Assembly: GCA_001192655.1 (NCBI GenBank)
Contig: BBVC01000062.1
Location: 1 to 7,677, forward strand
Origin: Caedimonas varicaedens
Lineage (GTDB): Bacteria; Pseudomonadota; Alphaproteobacteria; Caedimonadales; Caedimonadaceae
Direction of reading: 5' to 3'
Length of the DNA stretch: 7,677 nucleotides
A program made the translations under genes and the position numbers. The number at the start of each line of letters is the position of its first letter. The first letter of the stretch is position 1. Below are positions 1 through 7,462 of the stretch, in pieces. Under the pieces are notes generated by a model that was not told the origin of the DNA, did no database searches, and saw nothing but the letters and a program-made list of their open reading frames with translations.

Positions 1-100
1 ACAACCCAAAATGGCAACTTGATTGATGACACGCTCTAGATCGCTTGATATGCTATAAAGAGAACCTGGGATTTTTATGGATTAAAAGAAACCGCATGTA

Positions 101-730
101 ATGGAATCAGTTTATTATGTTCTTGCGATTGATATAGAAACAAGTGGAAGCTCTTTGATCCAAAATGGACTTGTCAGTATTGGTTGTAGTTTGCAAGATC
201 AATGCTCAAACGAGTTGAGAGCTTTCCAAGTTAATCTCACTCTTCCAGAAAATCACATTTATGAAGAGCGATGCCTTCAAGAATTTTGGCTAAAAAATCC
301 TCGCGCCCATGAATTCGTTCAGAAAGATGCCTTATCCCCCGACACGGCAATAAAAATGTTCTCTGAGTTTCTGGAAAACGCAGAAAAAGATTATTCTGAA
401 CTTATCATTGTCTCAGATAATCCCAGCTTTGACATCGCGTGGCTTAACCTTTATTTAAATCAATATACAGACAGGTTACCGCTCAATTATTCCCAAAAAG
501 GCGACTATCGCCCCATATGGGACCTTATTTCTATGCGGAAATCCCTCATATCTGTAAAATCCGGTGATTTTGCATCCAACTGTGGGTTAACAGAAAAACC
601 TGCCTTAAAAAGTCGGTGGAAATACGACCATACTCCCTTGAATGATGCACGGGTTATTGCTGATTTTTTTAATCAAACTGTTCAGGCATTAAGGTTATTT
701 TCTGTAAATATCCATAGCGTAGATCAATAA
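101..730 (+). CDS. DEDDh-type 3'-5' exonuclease (DnaQ/RNase T-like superfamily), stand-alone, 209 aa
   Basis: Complete ORF. Exo I motif is AIDIETSG (D at 131-133, E at 137-139). Exo II-like motif is SDNPSFDIAWL (D at 431-433). Exo III motif is H-x4-D in HTPLNDARVIADFF (H at 629-631, D at 644-646). No obvious Shine-Dalgarno sequence. Substrate (DNA or RNA) cannot be told from sequence. Confidence 0.75.
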   Translation: MESVYYVLAIDIETSGSSLIQNGLVSIGCSLQDQCSNELRAFQVNLTLPENHIYEERCLQEFWLKNPRAHEFVQKDALSPDTAIKMFSEFLENAEKDYSELIIVSDNPSFDIAWLNLYLNQYTDRLPLNYSQKGDYRPIWDLISMRKSLISVKSGDFASNCGLTEKPALKSRWKYDHTPLNDARVIADFFNQTVQALRLFSVNIHSVDQ

Positions 731-839
731 AGAAGACATATCGTTACTTGTTTTTTTAAAAGAGATTTTTCTCCCCTTTTTTTCTAAACCATGCTAAAGG
801 TTTCTTCAATTAAGAATAACTGGATCGTCGTACGAACAC

Positions 840-2033
840 ATGACTCAAGCCTTGCTAAAAGAAACTAGTCAAATGATAGAAAATGATTTTCTTCCTTTTG
901 CGCGTCCTTGGATTTCAGAGGAAGCTATTGCAGAAGTTGTTGACTGTTTGCGTTCAGGTTGGGTCACAACAGGTCCACGGGTCCAAAAACTTGAGGAAAT
1001 GCTGGCCAGCTATTGCAAGACTCCTCATGCACTGACTGTATCTTCAGCAACGGCGGGTCTTTTTTTAGCTCTTAAAAGCCTGAATCTTCAACCTGATGAC
1101 GAAGTCATTACAACCCCCATGACTTTTGTCTGTACAGCCAATGTCATTGTTCAAGCTGGTGGGAAACCTATTTTTGCAGATATTGATGAAAAAACCTACA
1201 ATATTAGCATTGCAGAAATAGAAAAAGCTATAACATCTCGTACACGAGCAATTATACCCGTACATTTTGATGGTTTGCCCGTTGATCTGGATCCTCTCTA
1301 TGTCTTGGCTCAAAAGCACAATTTGAGAGTTATCGAAGATGCTGCTCATGCTATTGGTGCATCTTATAAGAGGCGCTCTATCGGAAGCTTTGGAGATACG
1401 CAAGTGTTCAGCTTTCATCCCAATAAAAATATGACAACAGGAGAAGGGGGTTGCGTCACGACACAAGATGAAAATATGGCAAGGTCTATTGTACTCAACC
1501 GTTTTCATGGCATCGATCGGGTAGCTTGGAATCGATATGGTAAAAGCGGCAGCCAACATTATGATGTCGTTGAACCAGGTTATAAATTTAATATGATGGA
1601 CATTCAGGCGGCTCTTGGCATTCATCAATTAAAAAGTCTGGACGCTTTTATTGAAAGAAGAACAGAACTTGCAAAACGATACGATGAAGCTCTGGAAGGT
1701 TGGGATCAAATTTTCCTTCCTCAACGCCCCTGCTATGATCATAAACATGCGTGGCATCAATTTGCGATTAGGATCAATCCTGAAAAAGCAAAAATGAGTC
1801 GCGATGATTTTATAGAAGAGATGAAAAAACATAATATTGGGGCAGGCTTGCAATTTTCTGCGGTTCATCTTTATGAATTTTATAAGAAAACTTATGGTTA
1901 TAAAGAGGGAGATTTTCCTGTTTCAGAAAAAGTTGGACAGACAATTGTTAGTCTGCCACTCTTTCCTTCCATGAGTGAAAATGACCAGGAACGGGTTATC
2001 AGGACAATGCAAAAAATCTTTGGCAGGAGTTAA
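840..2033 (+). CDS. arnB: DegT/DnrJ/EryC1-family PLP aminotransferase, ArnB-like (UDP-4-amino-4-deoxy-L-arabinose--oxoglutarate aminotransferase)
   Basis: Aligns by eye with E. coli ArnB along its whole length (FLPFARP, GWVTTGP, VSSATAG, DEVITTP, IIPVH, IEDAAHA, LPLFP). The PLP-lysine motif is FSFHPNKNMTTGEGG (K at 1425-1427). By homology the true start may be the internal ATG at 873 (MIENDFLPFARP), since E. coli ArnB begins MSEFLPFSRP. Neither start has a clear SD. Confidence 0.9.
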   Translation: MTQALLKETSQMIENDFLPFARPWISEEAIAEVVDCLRSGWVTTGPRVQKLEEMLASYCKTPHALTVSSATAGLFLALKSLNLQPDDEVITTPMTFVCTANVIVQAGGKPIFADIDEKTYNISIAEIEKAITSRTRAIIPVHFDGLPVDLDPLYVLAQKHNLRVIEDAAHAIGASYKRRSIGSFGDTQVFSFHPNKNMTTGEGGCVTTQDENMARSIVLNRFHGIDRVAWNRYGKSGSQHYDVVEPGYKFNMMDIQAALGIHQLKSLDAFIERRTELAKRYDEALEGWDQIFLPQRPCYDHKHAWHQFAIRINPEKAKMSRDDFIEEMKKHNIGAGLQFSAVHLYEFYKKTYGYKEGDFPVSEKVGQTIVSLPLFPSMSENDQERVIRTMQKIFGRS

Positions 2034-2036
2034 AAA

Positions 2037-3020
2037 ATGACCGCCCCTATTTATCTTTCTGTTGTCGTACCCGTTTATAATGAAGAAGAAGTGCTAGAAT
2101 CTCTTTACAAGAGATTGACAAAAGTATGTGATGACTTAGGAAAACCATTTGAAATTATCTTTACGAATGATGGCTCCAAGGATCGTAGCTCGGAAATCCT
2201 GAAAGAATTCCATAACAGGCGCCCACATCAGATTCGTGTGATTGAATTCAGCGGTAATTTCGGTCAACACATGGCCATCATGGCAGCTTTTGAACGCGTC
2301 CGCGGTGAAGTCATTATTAACCTGGATGCAGATTTGCAAAATCCTCCCGAAGAGATTCCTCACCTTCTTGAGAAATATCAGCAAGGATACGATTATGTAG
2401 GATCCATTCGTGATATACGCCAAGATTCATTCTTTTTCAGAAGCCTGCCTTCTAAATTCATGAATTGGGTGCGTAGAATGGTGACCGGCACCCGCATCAC
2501 AGACCAAGGATGTATGATGCGTGCCTATAGCCGCAGGATTGTAGAACTCATGTCCCAATGTCATGAATCATCGACTTTCGTCACAGTCCTTGGTTATAGC
2601 TTTGCGACAAACCCTACCGAAATCCGTATTCGTCATGATGCACGGACAGAAGGTGAATCAAAATATGGCATTTATAAATTAGTGCGAGTCACTTTTGATT
2701 TGTTCACCAGCTTTTCCATGGCGCCCCTTCATATTTTTACCGTTTTTGGATTTTTTGTTTCCAGCTTGAGCGGCTTGCTTGTCGTGTATCTCTTATTGCG
2801 TCGTCTATTTATTGGCCCAGAGGTTGAAGGAGTATTCACACTTTTTGCTATTGCTTTCTTCTTGATTAGTGTGGCTATTGCGGGTATTGGAATTATGGGT
2901 GAATACATCGGACGCATTTATCAGGTCGTCCGATCTCGTCCACGCTATTTGATTCGTGAAATTATTGAAGATCTTAGTGAACCTCAAGTTTCTTCAGTCA
3001 ATAAGAGGACTGCAAAATGA
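2037..3020 (+). CDS. arnC: GT2 glycosyltransferase, ArnC-like (undecaprenyl-phosphate 4-deoxy-4-formamido-L-arabinose transferase family)
   Basis: Contains VVVPVYNEEE, NDGSKD, NFGQH and the ArnC-typical NLDADLQNPPEEIP (D at 2325-2327), plus RQDSFF, GESKY and GEYIGRIY..VRSRPRY. Two C-terminal hydrophobic helices are present, as in ArnC. AGGAG at 2025-2029 lies 7 nt before the ATG, and the gap to arnB is only 3 nt. Confidence 0.9.
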   Translation: MTAPIYLSVVVPVYNEEEVLESLYKRLTKVCDDLGKPFEIIFTNDGSKDRSSEILKEFHNRRPHQIRVIEFSGNFGQHMAIMAAFERVRGEVIINLDADLQNPPEEIPHLLEKYQQGYDYVGSIRDIRQDSFFFRSLPSKFMNWVRRMVTGTRITDQGCMMRAYSRRIVELMSQCHESSTFVTVLGYSFATNPTEIRIRHDARTEGESKYGIYKLVRVTFDLFTSFSMAPLHIFTVFGFFVSSLSGLLVVYLLLRRLFIGPEVEGVFTLFAIAFFLISVAIAGIGIMGEYIGRIYQVVRSRPRYLIREIIEDLSEPQVSSVNKRTAK

Positions 3021-4066
3021 GCTTAAAAGTATTAATCCTAGGTGTAAATGGTTTTATAGGCAACAGCCTTACAGAGTATATCCTTCGCCATAAGAATTGG
3101 GAAGTATACGGTATGGACATGGCTTCTGACAAACTAGAAAAGTGTCTGGGTCATTCACGTTTTAAATTCGTAGAGGGAGATATTACGATTAACCGTGAGT
3201 GGATTGAATATCATATCAAGAAATGTGATGTCGTTTTACCTCTCGTTGCCATTGCCACGCCTGTCTTATATGTTCAACAACCCCTTCGTGTTTTTGAACT
3301 TGATTTTGAAGCAAACCTTGAAATTATACGCAAATGCGTTCTTTATAAAAAACGCGTGATTTTCCCCTCAACTTCTGAAGTATATGGGATGAGCGAAGAT
3401 GAAAAATTCAATGAGGAAACAACAAACCTGGTACTTGGTCCCATTCATAAACAGCGTTGGATTTATTCATGCTGCAAGCAACTGATCGATCGGATTCTTT
3501 ATGCTTATGGGGTTGAACAGGGATTCAGTTATACCTTATTTCGTCCTTTTAACTGGATTGGTCCCAAACTTGACCGCATTGATGAAGAAAAAGAAGGAAG
3601 TTCCCGGGCTGTAACACTTTTTATTTCCAATATCCTTCATCATGGTGAAATTCAGCTGGTTAATGGCGGCCAACAACGACGCTCTTTTACTTATATTGAT
3701 GATGGCATCGAAGCACTGGTTAAAATTATTGAGAATAAGGATGACGTAGCGTACCAACGCATTTTCAATATTGGCAACCCTAAAAATGACCTTTCCATTC
3801 GTGAGCTTGCTGACATGATTGTAGAACTTGTCAAAGAATATCCCCATGTGCGCCATCTTGCTGAAAAAGTGAAGATCATCAATGTAGATGGAGAAAAGCA
3901 TTATGGTAAACATTATCAGGATACCGGATTTCGTGTTCCTTCCATTGAAAATGCACAAAAATTCCTGGGTTGGGAACCAAAAACGGACGTGCGTTCAGCC
4001 TTAAAAAAGACTTTGGATTATCACTTGGCAACCCCCACTCGTGCTACGGAAGAAATTGCATTATAA
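3017..4066 (+). CDS. arnA: NAD-dependent UDP-glucuronate oxidative decarboxylase, homologue of the C-terminal (dehydrogenase) domain of ArnA only; no formyltransferase domain
   Basis: Begins directly at the Rossmann motif VLILGVNGFIGN, where the E. coli ArnA C-terminal domain starts. It has FPSTSEVYGM, RWIYSCCKQL (YxxxK), LFRPFNWIGP, GSSRA and the YQDTGFRVPSI arginine. Its ATG overlaps the arnC stop (ATGA, 3017-3020). The upstream DNA is therefore arnC coding sequence, which leaves no room for an N-terminal domain. Confidence 0.9.
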   Translation: MSLKVLILGVNGFIGNSLTEYILRHKNWEVYGMDMASDKLEKCLGHSRFKFVEGDITINREWIEYHIKKCDVVLPLVAIATPVLYVQQPLRVFELDFEANLEIIRKCVLYKKRVIFPSTSEVYGMSEDEKFNEETTNLVLGPIHKQRWIYSCCKQLIDRILYAYGVEQGFSYTLFRPFNWIGPKLDRIDEEKEGSSRAVTLFISNILHHGEIQLVNGGQQRRSFTYIDDGIEALVKIIENKDDVAYQRIFNIGNPKNDLSIRELADMIVELVKEYPHVRHLAEKVKIINVDGEKHYGKHYQDTGFRVPSIENAQKFLGWEPKTDVRSALKKTLDYHLATPTRATEEIAL

Positions 4067-4085
4067 AAATTACTTACTTCTCCTC

Positions 4086-4114
4086 TTGATTGTAAGACAA
4101 TGAGAAGTTAGTGT
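4086..4114 (+). promoter_or_regulatory. Candidate sigma70-type promoter for tRNA-Leu
   Basis: TTGATT (4086-4091), a 17-nt spacer, then TAGTGT (4109-4114). This places a start about 2-3 nt before the mature tRNA 5' end at 4124. Pattern match only. Confidence 0.3.
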
Positions 4115-4123
4115 CTCTGATGT

Positions 4124-4209
4124 GCCCGCTTGGTGGAATGGTAGACACAACAGACTTAAAATCTGTCGTCCGCAAGGGCGTGCCAGTTCGACTCTGGCAG
4201 CGGGCACCA
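4124..4209 (+). tRNA. tRNA-Leu, anticodon UAA, type II (long variable arm), CCA encoded
   Basis: Hand-folded cloverleaf. Acceptor is GCCCGCT/AGCGGGC. D arm is GTG-GAATGGTAGA-CAC. Anticodon stem is ACAGA/TCTGT with loop CTTAAAA, giving anticodon TAA. The variable arm is CGTCC-GCAA-GGGCG. T arm is GCCAG-TTCGACT-CTGGC, followed by discriminator A and CCA. Total length is 86 nt. Confidence 0.93.
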
Positions 4210-4211
4210 TG

Positions 4212-4226
4212 AAAAACCTGGTTTTT
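4212..4226. terminator. Weak AT-rich palindrome between the convergent tRNA-Leu and GNAT gene (possible bidirectional terminator)
   Basis: AAAAAC(4212-4217)-CTG-GTTTTT(4221-4226) is a perfect inverted repeat, but the stem is almost all A:T pairs and is probably marginally stable. Confidence 0.2.
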
Positions 4227-4262
4227 TGATAAAAATTGAAGATCGTCCAAAGTTTTACCCAT

Positions 4263-4865
4263 TTATCTAATCCATCTTCGGTATTGAATTGTATTCAAGT
4301 AAAGATTTAAAAACTTCAATCTTCTTGTCAACATTGGCACACATATTTCTGATGGTATCGCGATGACTTTCTCAAATCCGGCTTTTTCATAAGCTTTGAT
4401 CGCTCGATCATTACGTAGATCAGGGTCAACGAAACAAGCTGAAAATTTTCTCCAAACATAACGCTTCAAAAATTGTTTTAAAATCATAGGTGCTATTCCA
4501 CGCCCTAAATAAGCGGGATCAGCAATATAAAAATCAAGTGCTGCACACTTTCCTTGAAAGCTCCTCAGATAAGGGAACATTTCTTCTGAATCTCTTTTGA
4601 AATCACAAGCATTATAAAATTGAATGTAGCCAATGAAGCAATCATTCCAGGTGATCATAAAAGCATACAGGGGTTTTCTCTGACCATTCTCTTCCTTGAA
4701 TCCGTGACAATAAGGAGAATATTTTTCTTTTATTTTTGCATGAGATACTTTTTGGCCATCTCCATACCATTCTAATTGATTTTGAAGATTAAGCCACTGA
4801 TATAATAAAGGGAAATGACTTTTTTGAAGAGGAATGAAATCAATAACTTTCGAAAAATTTTTCAT
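4263..4865 (-). CDS. GNAT-family N-acetyltransferase, AAC(6')-Ib / Acetyltransf_8-like
   Basis: LLYQWLNLQNQLEWYG resembles AAC(6')-Ib LYEWLNRSHIVEWWGG. GNAT motif A is YLGRGIAPMILKQF (G at 4503-4505). The C-terminal VDPDLRNDRAIKAYEKAGFEKV resembles TDPSPSNLRAIRCYEKAGFERQ. The maximal ORF reaches a GTG at 5012 (249 aa). By homology the 49 extra N-terminal residues are not expected, so I place the start at the ATG 4863-4865 (200 aa). An ATG at 4929-4931 is a third option. None of the three has a strong SD. Confidence 0.78.
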   Translation of the reverse strand: MKNFSKVIDFIPLQKSHFPLLYQWLNLQNQLEWYGDGQKVSHAKIKEKYSPYCHGFKEENGQRKPLYAFMITWNDCFIGYIQFYNACDFKRDSEEMFPYLRSFQGKCAALDFYIADPAYLGRGIAPMILKQFLKRYVWRKFSACFVDPDLRNDRAIKAYEKAGFEKVIAIPSEICVPMLTRRLKFLNLYLNTIQYRRWIR

Positions 4866-5032
4866 TTTATTCTTTTCAATAAGAAAAATTTGATCAAGTT
4901 CAGGAAATTGTCCTGACGGACAAACACTCATAATATTTTTAACCAGTATACTTTTTTCGAAAAACCTTGACTTTTCTCCAGATGAACTATACTGATTTTT
5001 ATGAATAATCACAATTAACCTGTATTTTGTCT

Positions 5033-5061
5033 TTGAAACCTGACACAGACAGTGATAAAAG
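5033..5061 (+). promoter_or_regulatory. Candidate sigma70 promoter with extended -10 for rplU-rpmA
   Basis: TTGAAA (5033-5038), a 17-nt spacer, then TGaTAAAAG (TG at 5053-5054, hexamer 5056-5061), about 40 nt upstream of the rplU ATG. Pattern match only. Confidence 0.3.
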
Positions 5062-5106
5062 GCTAGAGTATCGGTTCTACTTACTTTTACATAAAGAGTT
5101 TAAATC

Positions 5107-5673
5107 ATGTTTGCAGTAGTTAAAACAGGCGGTAAGCAATATAAGGTTTCTCCAGGAGATGTCTTGAAAATTGAACGGTTGGAAGGCGAAGCCGGACAGC
5201 ACATCGATCTTTCTTCTATATTGCTCATTAATGATGAAGGAAAAGTTTCAATAGGGTCTCCTCTGCTTGAAAAAGCACAGATCCGAGCGACCATTGTCGA
5301 GCAAACTCGGGGTGATAAGATTATCGTTTTTAAGAAAAAACGTCGACAAGGATATCGTCGTAAAGCTGGACATCGTCAAGATCTTACCGTCATCCGCATA
5401 GAAGAAATTCTTCCCCAGGGCGGAAGCAGCAATGTCATGATGAAAAAAACGCTTAAAGATGAAGCCACGAAGGATCCTCAGAAAGAATCTCCTGTTAAAG
5501 CAGAAAAATCTTCCCTGAAAGAGCAAGCTGTTTCTCAAAAGAAAGAAAAGTCCTCTCAAAAAGAGGAGTCTGTTAAAAAAGAAACTTCTTCTACAGCTCA
5601 AGCGAAAAAAGTCACAGAAAAGCCAATAAGCGCTAAAAAGCCTTCTTCATCTAAGAAGGAAAAAACAACGTAG
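5107..5673 (+). CDS. rplU: 50S ribosomal protein L21 with a long low-complexity C-terminal extension
   Basis: The first ~102 aa are canonical L21 ([14 protein letters not shown]..., [21 protein letters not shown]). The remaining ~86 aa are a Lys/Ser/Glu-rich tail. AAGAG at 5094-5098 lies 8 nt before the ATG. Confidence 0.95.
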   Translation: MFAVVKTGGKQYKVSPGDVLKIERLEGEAGQHIDLSSILLINDEGKVSIGSPLLEKAQIRATIVEQTRGDKIIVFKKKRRQGYRRKAGHRQDLTVIRIEEILPQGGSSNVMMKKTLKDEATKDPQKESPVKAEKSSLKEQAVSQKKEKSSQKEESVKKETSSTAQAKKVTEKPISAKKPSSSKKEKTT

Positions 5674-5696
5674 TTTTAAGTAGGAGTGAATAAAAA

Positions 5697-5951
5697 ATGG
5701 CACAAAAAAAAGGTGGCGGAAGTACTCGTAACGGGCGTGATTCAGCCGGTCGTCGCTTGGGAGTCAAAAAATTTGGTGGTGAGCATGTTCTTGCAGGAAA
5801 TATTCTTGTTCGCCAGCGTGGCACCAAAGTCCATCCTGGACAAAATGTTGGTATAGGAAAAGATCACACTCTTTTTGCCCTTATTGAAGGAGCTGTAAAA
5901 TTTTCAAGTGGTCTTCAAAGGCGATCTTTTATCTCAGTGATCAAGCAATAG
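5697..5951 (+). CDS. rpmA: 50S ribosomal protein L27
   Basis: Canonical [28 protein letters not shown]...[28 protein letters not shown] at 5682-5686 lies 10 nt before the ATG, and the gene starts 23 nt after rplU. Confidence 0.97.
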   Translation: MAQKKGGGSTRNGRDSAGRRLGVKKFGGEHVLAGNILVRQRGTKVHPGQNVGIGKDHTLFALIEGAVKFSSGLQRRSFISVIKQ

Positions 5952-5974
5952 ATTTTATCTTTTTAGGATAAAAT
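5952..5974 (+). terminator. AT-rich hairpin immediately after the rpmA stop (possible weak intrinsic terminator)
   Basis: ATTTTATC (5952-5959), loop TTTTTAG, then GATAAAAT (5967-5974). This is an 8-bp perfect stem with only one G:C pair, followed by an A/T-rich tract rather than a clean U-run. Confidence 0.3.
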
Positions 5975-6295
5975 TAAAAATATTTTGGAATCATCTGTAT
6001 AAGGGTGAGTAGCGAGTTCTATATTTACATAAAGATATAGGAAAATGGATTTCTTGGGTGAATCCTAAAACAAAGAGTCCCAAAATCCGACGCGCTCTTA
6101 AACAAATTACGAGATCAAATTTCTTTATGAGATCGTCTCTCAGGAAAGTAAATGCTTCCAGATGAAGAAAAGTTGCAAGGTATTTTATACATGAACAAAC
6201 AAAAATCTGGTGAAAGAAAACCTGAGAAGCCAATGACATATCTCGCAAACCAAAAGGCATAATCTGCTGTTCGAACTAATATTTTATGACATTGA

Positions 6296-7294
<999 letters not shown>

Positions 7295-7321
7295 TTTAAC
7301 TAGGGTGTTTTCTCAATTAGT

Positions 7322-7462
7322 CTAAATGATCTTAGATACCGTATAAATGTCCCCCAGGAAATTTTGAGATGTTTTCTCATGGCGTGTTGCAATCGCCCTG
7401 TATTTCTTCAGTTTGGCAAAGAAGTTCTCCATAAGATGATGACATGCTTTATAAGCGTATAG
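7322..7462 (-). pseudogene. 3'-terminal fragment of an IS5-family (DDE) transposase gene, truncated at its upstream side
   Basis: The minus-strand frame reads ...CHHLMENFFAKLKKYRAIATRHEKTSQNFLGDIYTVSKII-stop (stop at 7322-7324). This matches the characteristic IS5-family C-terminus (ENFFxKLKxxRxIATRYDK...). The frame is closed by an in-frame TAG at 7463-7465, so only about 45 codons are present. The element end must lie in 7296-7321, directly after the obg stop. Confidence 0.72.

Noticed and set aside
1-100. Possible gene ends at the left edge. A + frame closes with TAG at 37-39 (…TTQNGNLIDDTL). A minus-strand frame is open from about 80 to the edge.
   Set aside because: Only 12-25 codons are visible, with no start or recognisable motif. 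This cannot be supported from the window.
731-790. T-rich tracts after the exonuclease gene (TTGTTTTTTT, CCCCTTTTTTT) as an intrinsic terminator.
   Set aside because: Only 3-4 bp of complementarity (GAGA/TCTC) precede the T-runs, so no stable stem is visible.
1065-1868. Long antisense open frame inside arnB (187-aa and 79-aa ORFs separated by a single stop). Similar minus-strand ORFs occur inside arnC (2136-2423, 2805-2987), arnA (3536-3958), rplU (5248-5601) and obg (6284-6694, 6899-7216).
   Set aside because: All of these are in the codon-aligned antisense frame. In that frame a stop arises only where the sense gene uses TTA, CTA or TCA, and these genes mostly use CTT/CTG/TTG for Leu and AGC/TCT for Ser. 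The translations are Phe/Leu/Cys/Ile-rich with no recognisable motifs. They are shadow ORFs, not overlapping genes.
4077-4108. Imperfect hairpin ACTTCTC ... GAGAAGT after the arnA stop, as a possible terminator.
   Set aside because: It is a 7-bp stem with an 18-nt loop and no following T-run. It also overlaps the candidate tRNA promoter spacer, so it is not convincing as an intrinsic terminator.
4074-4262. 62-aa minus-strand ORF between arnA and the GNAT gene.
   Set aside because: It lies entirely across the well-folding tRNA-Leu gene (4124-4209) and its flanks, so the open frame is incidental.
4124-5012. tRNA-associated genomic island, or a GNAT toxin-antitoxin module acting on tRNA.
   Set aside because: There is no integrase, no repeat of the tRNA 3' end, and only one cargo gene. 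The GNAT carries AAC(6')-Ib-like rather than TacT/AtaT-like motifs, and there is no adjacent small RHH or antitoxin ORF.
5988-6135. Three GANTC (CcrM-type) sites (5988-5992, 6060-6064, 6075-6079) and a GAGATC direct repeat (6111-6116, 6129-6134) in the rpmA-obg spacer.
   Set aside because: The counts are close to chance expectation for pentamers and hexamers in about 350 bp. There is no supporting architecture.
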